A DNA stretch of 64,000 bases, taken from the NCBI GenBank assembly GCA_009914755.4, contig CP086569.2, positions 24,864,001 through 24,928,000 of the forward strand. Reading direction: 5' to 3'. A program made the position numbers and the translations under genes. Below, piece by piece: positions 14,225 to 27,244 of this stretch. Within the stretch, counting starts at the first letter, position 1. Each line of letters starts with the position of its first letter. A model generated the notes under the pieces. It did not search any database. It saw only the letters and a program-made list of their open reading frames with translations, and was not told where the DNA came from. The DNA comes from the human T2T-CHM13v2.0 reference genome, Homo sapiens.

Positions 14225-14295
14225 TTCTAAAGACTCAAGCTTTATATGCTGAGGATAAGCATCTGCCAATTGATCAAGAAGCTGAAGGTTCTCAA
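14225..14295 (-). other. Weak candidate exon on minus strand: an open frame encoding a coiled-coil-like peptide, flanked by AG and GT splice motifs
   Basis: Minus strand reads tttggcctgctactttttaatAG|TTGAGAACCTTCAGCTTCTTGATCAATTGGCAGATGCTTATCCTCAGCATATAAAGCTTGAGTCTTTAGAA|GTAAAGC. It translates to ...[23 protein letters not shown]... Nothing else in the sequence corroborates it. Confidence 0.12.
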
Positions 14296-14572
14296 CTATT
14301 AAAAAGTAGCAGGCCAAATTAGGACACAGAAGCATGGTCAGGTGTGTAAGAGGCCAGATTTCTGGTTCGAAAGTAAAAAGTATACTTAGGGGAACCTATC
14401 GCTGCCTGCAATGTACTTTGAAATACAAAAAAATGTAAGATGAATAGATGCACAGATTAAAATGATAAAGCCTATATAACACAAATGTATTAGTAGAATC
14501 TAGGTGGTAGGTGTGTAAGTGTTGACCAGAATTGTTTCAACTTTTCTGTATGTTGAAAATGCCCAGGAATTT

Positions 14573-14737
14573 ACCACCATGCACCAGGCCCAGCTAATTT
14601 AATTTTTTTTTTTTTTTTTGGAGACAGAGTCTCGCTATGTTGCCTTCCCAGCTGATTTCAAACTCATGGCCTCAAGTGATCCTCCTTCCTGGGCATCACA
14701 GTGTGCTGGGATCACAAGAATGAGCCACTTTGTCTGG
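14573..14737 (-). mobile_element. Partial Alu (left-monomer region only), antisense
   Basis: CCACCATGCACCAGGCCCAGCTAATTT-T19-GGAGACAGAGTCTCGCTATGTTGCC...CTCAAGTGATCCTCCTTCCTGGGCATCACAGTGTGCTGGGATCACAAGAATGAGCCAC. Confidence 0.7.
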
Positions 14738-15169
14738 TTATAGCTTTTAAGAATAAATCTTTAAAAAGTCTTTCCCAAGCATGATACAAAACCTGAAAGG
14801 AATAAGGAGTAATATTTATCAATCTCACTACATGTAAATAAAAAATTTACATATGGCATAAGATAAATATAAATAATACACTGGAAAAGTAGTTGCAATA
14901 ATATGGAGGCATAACCAGGACTAAAGTGATGACATTTTAATATTGTTAAACAGCTCTTACAAATCAGTTAAAATAAAAAAAGCAAAACTGAAAAATGGGG
15001 GAAAACATGGCCAGATTGTAGGAAAAATAAAAAGTAAAATGGCTCGAAGATGAGCAAGATTATCAGATGTTGAATAAACATGAAGAAAATCATAAATGCA
15101 AATTAGTAAAAAAGAAACCATTATTTTCCCTGTAACACCACTAAGATTAAAACTTTGTTAACGCTAATG

Positions 15170-15590
15170 TTGGCAATGGAGTGGAAGTATAACTGTGCTG
15201 ATACACTTGGAAGAGAAATGTGTCAGTGCTTATATATATTCAAAATGCAGGTGCCTTTTTATCTACTCATTCCAATTCTATGAATTCACACAGCTATATT
15301 TGTACAAGCACATAAAGGGTGCACACTGTATATTGGTTACCTCTATTGGGAAAAGGCAAACAAGAAGACAGCTAAATTTCCATCAGTAGGGGGTTAAATA
15401 TTTACTTTAAAAATAATTAGTCTCAATATACTGCTACAAGTAGATATATTGGTGGATAGAAAAAGCAATCTGCCTACAGAATCTATAATATAATTTTATT
15501 CAATGTGTGTTTTAATTAGAAATACATAGAGTTTTAAACACAAACAATTCTACAAAAATAACCAAGAAACAAAATTATTGAAATTCTAGT
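15170..15590 (+). mobile_element. Ancient L1 (L1M-like) 3'-terminal fragment
   Basis: GTTGGCAATGGAGTGGAAGTATAACTGTGCTGATACACTTGGAAGAGAAATGTGTCAG...CATTCCAATTCTATGAATTCACACAGC resembles the L1M 3' end (TGTTGGTGGGAATGTAAAATGGTACAGCCACTGTGGAAAACAGTTTGGCAG...). Highly diverged. Confidence 0.45.
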
Positions 15591-15594
15591 TATC
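15581..15594. repeat. Target-site duplication (left copy) of the L1PA insertion: AAATTCTAGTTATC
   Basis: An identical 14-mer recurs at 18280-18293, immediately after the L1 A-rich tail. Confidence 0.85.
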
Positions 15595-18279
<2,685 letters not shown>

Positions 18280-18293
18280 AAATTCTAGTTATC
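18280..18293. repeat. Target-site duplication (right copy): AAATTCTAGTTATC
   Basis: Matches 15581-15594 exactly. Confidence 0.85.
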
Positions 18294-18539
18294 AGTGGTG
18301 AGTGAGATTAGACAAAATGAGCAGAAATTGCTAGTTTCTTTTCACTTTATATCCTTCTGAATAGCCTGAAACTTTGTTTTAAACCGGAAGCATAAATTCT
18401 TTAGAAATCTTTAGTTTCTTGAAACTAAAATCATTAGTCAGCTCAACACCTTATCCCCATCCCCATCCTCTAAGTGAGGGGATTACAGTTAGATTGTTTT
18501 GTCACAGTCTGCATTCCATGCAGAAATCATCAGACCAAA

Positions 18540-18965
18540 ATTTGTGAACATTAATGTTTACTCTTGGTGATGTAAACTTTATGGGTTTTGACAGTGGGTC
18601 ACTTTCATTCTCTTAACAGTGTCTTCCAGAGTGATGCTTTTAATTTCAATTAAGCATCTATTTGTTTTTTCATTTATCTTTTATATGTCATATATCACAA
18701 AACTCAGGACCACATAGACTTTCTCTTGCTTTTACCTGGAAATTTTATAGTTTTGCAATTTGCATTTAGGCTTATGGTTCATTTCCCTGCGTATGAATAT
18801 TCAATGGTTCCAGAACCACACTTTGAAAAGACTATCTTTCCTCTATTGAATTGCATTGCTCCATTGTTTGAAAAATCAATTGACAATATTTGTGTGAATC
18901 TATTTCTTGATTCTCTATTTCTGTTCCCATTGATGTATGTGTCTATTCTTTGCCAATTATAGATA
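18540..18965 (-). mobile_element. Older L1 (L1M/L1P-like) ORF2 3'-region fragment, antisense
   Basis: GGTTCCAGAACCACACTTTGAAAAGACTATCTTTCCTCTATTGAATTGCATTGCTCCATTGTTTGAAAAATCAATTGACAATATTTGTGTGAATCTATTTCTTGATTCTCTATTTCTGTTCCCATTGATGTATGTGTCTATTCTTTGCCAAT matches the antisense consensus of the old-L1 ORF2 3' region. Confidence 0.6.
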
Positions 18966-19249
18966 GAATTTTAAGTTTCTAAAAGCAAAGGGCCAATGTC
19001 CAAATTTTCTTTCCTCATCCAAATTTTGTGCATATCACTATCTGTGTATCTTTATCTCTCAAAGGAAATATTAAGAGTGGGAAGAATGGGTGACTAGAAT
19101 CTAGGAGGTGAGTATTGTGACTATTCAACAGCTTAACATCCCCTGAGTGTGGGTATAGTAGGATAAGATAAGATCACAGGTGTCTGAGTCAGGGCACAGA
19201 ACAGAGTTCTGTACAATATATCTTCCTATAAGTTTTCTGTTGTTTAATT

Positions 19250-20060
19250 GGAAGCCACCACTTTTTAAAACAATTTTGTTTTACCGGAAACTATTTTATT
19301 GTTAGCTAAGTGTTCTATCCAGATTTTGGTACGAGGATGACTCATATGTTTCCTACTCATCATTTTTCTGACTTTCGGAAATTTTACCAGGATGCTAGGT
19401 AAAGCCGGTAAGGTTTGACAGTCAGACGTTTTTGTAAACCAGATATAGTCAGAGAGACTGTGTAAAGATGGAAAAACTATTTTTAAGGATAATGTAATAT
19501 AGTAAGTATATAGATTCTTTCATGTTGGGGGCTCAGTCAGGCTGGTGGGAAAAATATTAGATAGTTATAGTAATAGCCACAAACCATCTTGGAAGGTCAG
19601 AGAGTTAGCATAACTTCAGTTATAGATATGGTTGAAGGTGACCTGCTTTACCTTTAGTTAAATAAATTAAAGTAATAACAAATGAATGTGGCGAAGTTAT
19701 CTAGCTAGCTTGTTTACTCACGTGGTCTTAAGACTAACCTTTGATATACCATGTGTGCTTAAGTGCTTTCCACTCGCGAAGTCCACAATGTCAATTACCC
19801 CCTAGTTTCACTGACTCAAGTCTTTGTCAATTAAACTTTACCGATAAATGCGAGTCTCAATAGCTGGTCAGGGCCACAGTTGCAACTGTTCACAAAGCTC
19901 TACTGGAGTCTGTAAGTGGCTCAGAAACCCAGCTTCGGCTGGACTGGCAATGCAGAATATCTGTGTGTCAGTGTACTTCATGCATCCATTGTGGGGTCAA
20001 ATGTCTGCAAAAGACAGATCCTCGAAGCTGGTGTCACCATGTAAAAAGTGCTACAAGAGC
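19250..20060. other. Unclassified ~0.8-kb non-repeat-looking segment that retains 13 CpGs in an otherwise CpG-depleted background
   Basis: CpGs at TTACCGGAAAC, GGTACGAGG, CTTTCGGAAA, AAGCCGGTAAGG, CAGACGTTTT, GTGGCGAAG, CTCACGTGG, CACTCGCGAAG, TACCGATAAATGCGAGTC, CTTCGGCTGG, CCTCGAAGC. I recognise no Alu or L1 homology in it. Confidence 0.3.
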
Positions 20061-20304
20061 TTCCTTTATTTTCTTTCTTTATTTTTTCCTTCCTTCCTTC
20101 CTTCCTTCCCTCCTTCCTTCCTTCCTTCCTCCCTCCTTCCCTTGCTGCCTTCCTTGCTTCTTCCCCTCTTCTTTCTTTCTTTTCTTTTCTTTCTTTCTTT
20201 CTTGTCTTTCTTTCTTGTCTTTCTGTCTTTTTTATTTCTTCTTTCTTTTTCTTTTTTTTCTTTTCTTTTCTTTCGTTTTTTTTTTTTTTTTTTTTTTTTT
20301 TTTT
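20061..20304. repeat. Long polypyrimidine microsatellite (TTCC)n/(CTTT)n/(T)n, ~245 bp. It is the expanded tail of the adjacent antisense Alu.
   Basis: TTCCTTCCTTCCTTCC...CTTTCTTTCTTTCTTGTCTTTC...T30. The + strand is almost 100% pyrimidine. Confidence 0.95.
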
Positions 20305-20597
20305 GGTGGGGAGTAAAATGGCATCTAGTTGTGTCACCCAGGCTGGAGTGTAGTCATGTCATCTCAGCACACTACAAACTTCACTTCCCAAGTTCAAGTG
20401 GTTATCATGCCTCAGCCTCAAGAGTAGCAGGGATAAAAGGCACTTGCCACCACACCTCACAAATTTTTGAATTTTTGGTAGAGATGGGGTTTCACTGTTC
20501 TGCCCAGGCTGATTTAAAACGTTAGACCTTCAGTGGTCCTCCTCCTTCAGCCTCCCAAACTCCTGGGATTGCAAGCATGAGGCATTGTTCCTGGCCC
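20281..20597 (-). mobile_element. Alu SINE, antisense
   Basis: T-tail, then GGTGGGGAGTAAAATGGCATCTAGTTGTGTCACCCAGGCTGGAGTGTAGTCATG...CCTCCCAAACTCCTGGGATTGCAAGCATGAGGCATTGTTCCTGGCCC. Confidence 0.85.
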
Positions 20598-22597
20598 ATA
20601 CATTATTCCTTAATATCACTTGAAGCCATACATTTTCTTTTGAAGTAACAATTAAGTAATAGATACCTGCTATATACTTTAGAATTATGCTGTTCATTAT
20701 GGTAGTCACTGTGCATATGTAGCTAATTAAATGTAAGTTAAAAATTTATTCAGTTATATTAGCTACATTTCAGTTGCTCAATAGCCACATGAGACCAACA
20801 GTTACCACATTAAACAGTATAGATAAAGACATCTCCACCATCACAAAGAGTTACTCTGGATCATGCTTAGAGCACAGAATATAGAATCACTTACCATACT
20901 GAATTTCAGTAGGGATGGTCTAGTGTGCAGGCAGCCTAGAAAGTCTTGTTGTTCAATTTGTGTATCTTCTGCTAACATTATTACAATGAAACTTGGCAAT
21001 TAAGTCACGGAGTCAATGGCTGGCAGAAAGTATGTACTCAAATGATTAAGTTCTGAATCAATGGATGAATGAATAAATGTCTCTGTCAGGATGATAGAAA
21101 TGCATGCAACAGACAAAATCCCAAGGGGGTAGCAACACAAAAAGAATATTACTAATTCACAGATTATTTTAAAAGACCTAAGGGATAACTTAGAATAAAG
21201 TGCAAGTTGCCAGCTTATGTTTATGCTACAAAGCCCATTATCAAGTCTAACCAATGATCTGGAACCCACAGTAGTTACAAACTTCATAAAAGTTTTATAT
21301 AAAGGCCAAAATTTAGTCAACTAATCAGATCTGTGCAAACATTTAAGAATAAAAGTAATATTACATATTACTAAACATGTATTTTCTTCTTTAATGACAT
21401 ATTAATACATTTAATACTCTATCAGTTGTACATGAGAGGCATACTTAGTATACAAGACAATTGGCTTAAAAGTCAGTTTTTTGAGGGTTTTTTTTTTTTT
21501 TAGAAATGTTCCCAACAGTGGATATTTTTACAAACAGTATCTTTCAGTGTCTGTAGGACCCTTGGTACTGTCTGAAGTTTTCTTATTTGACTATATAAAA
21601 GTTATTACAAAAATGAAAATATGGGAACTGCAGAACATGTGAACTATTGTTTAAAAAGTAAGATATGGTCAGCAGGAAAAACATGTAATTTAAATGAACT
21701 TAAATTCCTTACTCTTCTTCCTCAAAATTAGCTTAATTCTTTTATAAGAAAAAAGTACTAGAAAAATTTTGCAATAGTTTACAAAGTTGCATGCTTCTAC
21801 CTTTTTGATTTTCTTTATGAAATCCTGAGACCTGTTAAAAAAACCATTTTACCTTTATAAAGCTATTCACTTATCATTAACAAACCAAAGTAGATTATAG
21901 AAACTAAGTAATCTAACAATGATTTGTAGAAACTGGAAGTAGGGTGATTTTTTATTGAGTGTAATCAATACTGCAAAGTAAATACCTTAAAAAAATAAAA
22001 GGTTACTAATCAGACATAGTTTTATAGCAGTGTTTAAATGAAACAATATAATATGTTTATGAATATGAGATTAAGAGACAACTTTCAGAAAAAATAAGAT
22101 TATGACCATGCTAACAAAGCAAAATTAAAGCTCTTTCTTACACTGTTAAATTACAAATCATATTGAGGTCAAAATAATAAAAAATTTTTCTTGATCATGT
22201 ACTTAACCTCTAAGTATTTCACATCAAAGGTCATTCAGTTACAATTTTTTAAAAGTAGTGTTTAAAAATGTAAACAAACTAAATTTTCACTGTCCTTAAA
22301 ATCATAATTAAACTGCACTTACAATACTGTTAAACAGACATTTTGGACAGCTGTTTATATATATTCCTACTGCAGTATGTATCAGTAATTATGTCAACTC
22401 TGAGAACACTGACGTGTTTTCAGCTGGATTTCCTTTAAAGAAAATATTTGAGTGGGTAATTTATATTAGCAGAAGCCATTAAGTTGTTTGAGTGGGATTA
22501 ATTCCTGTTATAACCATTATACAATTGGTAAATACACAATAAGTAGAAGTATAGAGTGATTAGAAAGTTAGAGAAAGATGTATCAAAAATGAATTTC

Positions 22598-22885
22598 AGG
22601 CAAGGCACAGTGCCCCACAGTTATAATTACAGCACTTGGGCAGGCTAAACGGGCAGAATACATGAGCTCATGATTTGAAACAACACTCACCACCATACAA
22701 AACCCAGTCTACCAAAAAAAAAAAAAAAAAAATAGCAGAAAGTGGTGTGCACCTGTAATCCCAGCTGCTTGAAAGTGTGTAGTAGTATAATTGCTTGAAT
22801 CTGGGAGCAGATGTTGCAGTCACCTGAGAATATGCCATTGCACTTCAGTCTTGATGACAGAGCGAGACCCTGCTTCTAAAAATTA
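22598..22885 (+). mobile_element. Alu SINE (old, diverged) with the middle A-linker expanded to A19
   Basis: GGCAAGGCACAGTGCCCCACAGTTATAATTACAGCACTTGGGCAGGC...A19...GGTGTGCACCTGTAATCCCAGCTGCTTGAAAG...GCACTTCAGTCTTGATGACAGAGCGAGACCCTG. Confidence 0.8.
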
Positions 22886-22983
22886 AATATGTATACAAAT
22901 ACATTCATATTGCCGGTAAGTAAAATTTGGTTGCTCATGAAGAAACTCAGCATACTTAAAGTTTTCATTCAAATACTGTACTA

Positions 22984-23278
22984 AGGCCAGGCATTGTGGC
23001 TCACATCTGTAATTCCAGCACGTTTGGAGGCCGAGGCAAATGGATTACTTGAGATCAGCAGTGTGAGACCAACCTGGCCAGGATGGTGAAAACCCACCTC
23101 TACTAGAAATACAAAAATTAAACAGGTGCTTGGGCAAGTACTTGTAATCCCAGGTACTTGGGAGACTGAGACAGGATAATCACTTGAACTCGGGAGGTGA
23201 AGTTTGCAGACCAAGATCATGCCACTGCACTCCAGCCTGAGCAACAGAGTAATACTCCATCTCAAAGAAAATAAATAT
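22984..23278 (+). mobile_element. Alu SINE
   Basis: GGCCAGGCATTGTGGCTCACATCTGTAATTCCAGCACGTTTGGAGGCCGAGGCAAATGGATTACTTGAG...GCCACTGCACTCCAGCCTGAGCAACAGAGTAATACTCCATCTC. Confidence 0.9.
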
Positions 23279-23282
23279 GATA

Positions 23283-23600
23283 CTAAGCTTCTCGTGTTCT
23301 TAAAACTTTGGAATAGGAAATCTTTATATAATTATAGACAACATAAAGAAAGTAAAAAATATATACACACCACCAAGAGTGAAATTTAATGTTAACTATA
23401 GATTTTGGGCAATAATGACATGTCAAGGTAGTTTTATCAATTGTAGCAAATGTACCACCTTGATGCAAAATGTTGACAGTGGGAGAGACTGTGCATGTGT
23501 AGGGGCAGTGGGTGTGTAGGAATTCTTTGTACATTTCCATCAACCTCACTGTGAACTAAAAACTTCTCTGAAAAGCAAAGTCTATGAAACATGCACACAC
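23283..23600 (-). mobile_element. Ancient L1 (L1M-like) 3' end, antisense
   Basis: AAATGTACCACCTTGATGCAAAATGTTGACAGTGGGAGAGACTGTGCATGTGTAGGGGCAGTGGGTGTGTAGGAATTCTTTGTACATTTCCATCAACCTCACTGTGAACTAAAAACTTCTCTGAAAAGCAAAGTCTAT resembles the antisense L1M 3' terminus. Confidence 0.5.
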
Positions 23601-24400
23601 ACTCACACACACATGCACATATATTTACAGGGAAAAGTTTGCTGCATCTACCTTTAAAATAATAAAGTGGGATGAATGTTCACAATAACGATGAAGAAAT
23701 ATAGTTAAATAATTAGAAATATACTAAAAATAGAATGAAAGTCTTTTTATTATTTGGAAACTTTACAGGTTTTAAGAATTAAATCATTTAAGTTACTTAA
23801 TTCACTTCTCCACAGCCTGGTTCCTCATCTGTGACAGACAAAACATCTGTTGTGTGTATATCACAGTGCCAAGCTCAGAGCAGACATTCAGCAGGTTGGC
23901 AGAGTCTTATCAAACAACACAGAATATAGATAAATCAATTTTAGCTCTTAAACATTTAGAGATTGTAGATCACAATTTTACCAAAGACTAAATATGATAC
24001 CAAGAAATCAATTTCAAATTTACTACCCACTTGTTATATAACAAATGCATCATATGCAGGTACAATGTAAACTCAAAGAGGAATGAGAAATGGACCTAGT
24101 TTAAAAGCAATCCACTATAATGCAGCATGTTACAGTCAGCGAAGAAGAAACTGTCAATAAAAAGTTCAGAAACAGAAAAGGAAATATGTTAGCTTTTATT
24201 TTGCTGAACAATTTCTGGAAATAAAACAGAAAGTGAATAGTCATAGCAGCATCTTTGTAAGTTATCAGCCACTAAAGAGTTAGAGGCTGGTAGTAAGAGG
24301 GAGTTCCTTTGACATGAAATGGACTGAGGTTGCAATTCTCCATTCAACACAGGGTGCAACCACTCATGAATTAGCTGGTTTTGAGTTTGCGTCTTGCAAG

Positions 24401-24681
24401 AGAGCAAGGAAGGAAGGAAGAAAGAAAGAAAGGAAGAAAGAGAAGAAGGAAAGAAGGAAGGAAGGAAGGAAGGAAAGAAGGAAGGAAGGAAGTGAGGGAG
24501 GGAGAAAGGAAGGAAAGGAGAAAGGAAGAAAGAAGGAAGGAAGGAAGGAAGGAAGGAAGGAAGGAAGGAAGGAAAGAAGGAAGGAAGGAATAAAGTGAGG
24601 GAGGGAGAAAGGGAGGAAAGGAGAAAGGAAGAAAAAAGGAAGGAAGGAAATAAAGAAGGAAGTCAGGCAAGGGAAAAAAAA
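24401..24681. repeat. (GGAA)n/(GAAA)n polypurine microsatellite, ~280 bp, with an internal ~103-bp higher-order duplication
   Basis: GGAAGGAAGGAAGAAAGAAAG... The block AAGTGAGGGAGGGAGAAAGGAAGGAAAGGAGAAAGGAAGAAAG occurs at ~24491 and again at ~24594. Confidence 0.95.
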
Positions 24682-25825
24682 ACTCAGTACGATTGTCTCA
24701 GAAGAGATATACCAGATGTAGTACATTCATTAGACAACTCCCTTTTATTTCCATAATGTTTCTAGATCCATGACCAGAAATTAGGAACCCTCCCCTGCAC
24801 AAGTGAGAAAAGAAGGCCAGTGTGTTCTAGAAAAATATTTCTTTCCTCAGCTTCCACGTGAAACTGGTGGTTAACCAGACCCATTTGCAGACTCTTCACT
24901 TCACTTCCCTAGAAACCCATTTCACCAGCTTACACTTGGGATATGAAGTATAGGAAAAAATTCTGCCAGTTCATCACACCTTGTGGAATGCTGGAAAATA
25001 TAACCAAAATATTCAACAACAAGGGACTGCTATGTATGTTACAAAAATTTCCAAAGATCAGCCTGTTGCCACTAAGAAGGGGCATTTCAAGAAACTTTTA
25101 AGGAAACAGAGAAATGCTCACACCATATAATTTAAATTTCAAGCGGATATATACAGAGCATATATACATTTTTAAACGTAAAATATGCCTTTGAAATGCA
25201 TATTGCAATGAAAACACATTGAGCTAACCCAATTCCTAGCTGTTAATCCAAATATAAACTATACTACCAGATATGTGCTGCTCAAAGGAAATATTCAGGC
25301 ATTTCACTATAGTTTAAAGATGAAAGTATTCGTTCCCCAAACTATTAAAATAGTACACTAGTATTTTCTATATAGTGTTAATGTCCCTCATCCAAATGTA
25401 TTACAAACCCTTTTGTTAGTTTAGGAACCTGTAAGCCAATTTATAAAACAGGCCCAATCTTATTAAAATGTGATCATTACACAAATGCTTTCTACTCCTT
25501 ATTGTCATCTCAATTATTTATTTGAATATTCTCCTTTAATGTGACTCAAATGCAACATTTTCTCAGTGGTTTCAAAGAGACTGTAATATTTCATTATAGA
25601 GTATCAAAACTGAAAATCACTGGGTGAATTTAAATGTGAACTACCTGTTACAGGTTACACTTTTAAAAGATATGGAACAGATAAACCTAAATCCGACACT
25701 TTGAGTGTGCCCAGTACACCCCAATCCTTCAACATTTGGTGTCGTTTTTTGCACAGCTCATCTTAACTCAACACATCACACATAGGGAGCAAGTTGGACT
25801 AGAAGACAAAATGGTTACAGCTTAC

Positions 25826-26050
25826 CTGGGGGGTAGAGGGAAGGTGGACTACTGAAAAAAGACCAGTGGCCTCTGGGGAAGCCCCGAATGTCCTAGTGGG
25901 GAAAGAGGTTTTAAGGAACATCAAGGAGACTTCATTTCCACCTGTCCCCGATGAAGGGCAGTTGTGTATTCCTGAGTCATCAGGTGCCAGCTTTCTCCCA
26001 TCGTCAGCTTCCTCCCAAGTCTCCTCACTCACCCGGCCATATATATAACC
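25826..26050 (-). promoter_or_regulatory. Candidate TATA-box promoter plus first exon on the minus strand. The call is speculative.
   Basis: Minus strand reads GTTATATATATGGCCGGGTGAGTGAGGAGACTTGGG (TATA-like element at ~26041-26050), ~190 nt of relatively GC-richer sequence, then a strong donor CCCCCCAG|GTAAGCTGTAACC at 25826/25825. An in-frame ATG at 25921 gives a 32-codon ORF running to the donor. Confidence 0.2.
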
Positions 26051-26074
26051 GTCCAATTCTAAATTTAAAACCGC

Positions 26075-26275
26075 CAGCTGTGCCTTGATTTTCTTTATAA
26101 AATGTAGTTCTGTGTAGCTACCTCCTCAGGGCCTCTGGGACAAGTGTTCCTTGGAGATTCTTCAAAGGACCCTATTTAAAGCAATGGAAAAATTGAGCAG
26201 ACCATGAATACACACTCATGCCAATGCAGGTATGTCAGTCATGGCAGCTGTGCCTTGATTTCCTTTATAAAATTT
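26075..26275. repeat. Local tandem duplication (~1.2 copies of a ~170-bp unit)
   Basis: CAGCTGTGCCTTGATTTTCTTTATAAAATG at 26075 and CAGCTGTGCCTTGATTTCCTTTATAAAATT at 26245. Part of the unit also recurs at 34958-35075 and at 32100-32196. Confidence 0.7.
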
Positions 26276-26844
26276 GTCATTCATTAGCAAGTACATATCA
26301 TGTTTCTTCTGATTTCATTGTGTGTATGTGAATCAGCTGAAGGCCCGGTGAGGCTTCATGAGACTTGTCTTCTAACCCACCTCAGATGTATCTTCCAGGG
26401 GTTTGACTAACTCCTTGTTTACTCAATTTCCACCCCATGTTGAGAATTTTACTAGTCACCACATATCAGTATGAATTTGGCCTTCCATGTTATTCTAGAT
26501 AATATTAATTGAGCATGTCCTGTGAGTCAGACATTGTGCTGGGTACTTTACTGGAAGGTGTTACAAAGTTACCACTATTCCATAAAGGAGAAGACCAACA
26601 ATAGATGATGGGCTCCCTCTGGTCACATTGCAAGTAATTAGCAGAGCTATCTGGAACCTAACTTCCTTGGATTTTAAATCCCTTGTGTTAAAAGTACACA
26701 CAGTTGGGTTACCATTGATTATATCCACCCACGTTCCCACCCATCCATTATTCATCTATATTTTAATTATCTGCACTAGAAGAAATGAAATCGCTTATAT
26801 TTTCCCCAGTTTCTCATAGATTTATTTCTTTTGTTAATCTGTTA

Positions 26845-27141
26845 TTTTTTTTTTTTTTTTTTTTTTTTTTTGGTCAGGGTATTTCAGCTTACTGCTGCCT
26901 TGAGCCCTGCTGGGATCAGGTGATTCTCCCCTGTCAGACTCCAGAGTAGCTGGGACTACAGGCACACACCAACTCACCCAGCAAGTTTTAGTATTTCTGT
27001 AGAGATGTATTTTTTGTAGAGATGTATTTCTTCTTTCATGTTGTTGCCTTGGCTGGTCTCAAACTCCTGGGCTTAATCAGGCTGCCTGCCTCAGCCCTCC
27101 AATGTGCTGGAGTTACCGGCATGAGCAATCACACCTGCCCC
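26845..27141 (-). mobile_element. Alu SINE, antisense, with a small internal duplication (GTAGAGATGTATTT x2)
   Basis: T27 tail, then GGTCAGGGTATTTCAGCTTACTGCTGCCTTGAGCCC...CTCAGCCCTCCAATGTGCTGGAGTTACCGGCATGAGCAATCACACCTGCCCC. Confidence 0.85.
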
Positions 27142-27244
27142 AATCTGTTAAACTTAGTTTTAAGATCTCTCAGTGCCTCAGAATGTTTTCCTTTATGGAT
27201 TATTTATTCCATCTTTTATAGAATACGAAACTTTCTTTCTTAGA

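Noticed and set aside
19848-20525. 225-aa + strand ORF (and overlapping 117/119/101-aa ORFs) across 19848-20525
   Set aside because: It is the translation of the (TTCC)n/(CTTT)n/(T)n polypyrimidine tract (…[12 protein letters not shown]…FFFFFFFF…) running into an antisense Alu. It is low complexity and not a gene.
24314-24726. Overlapping 94-120-aa ORFs on both strands over the GGAA repeat ([10 protein letters not shown]… / SFLPSFLPS…)
   Set aside because: Pure microsatellite translation. The same applies to the 151/183-aa ORFs at 55282-55945 over the (TTTC)n tract.
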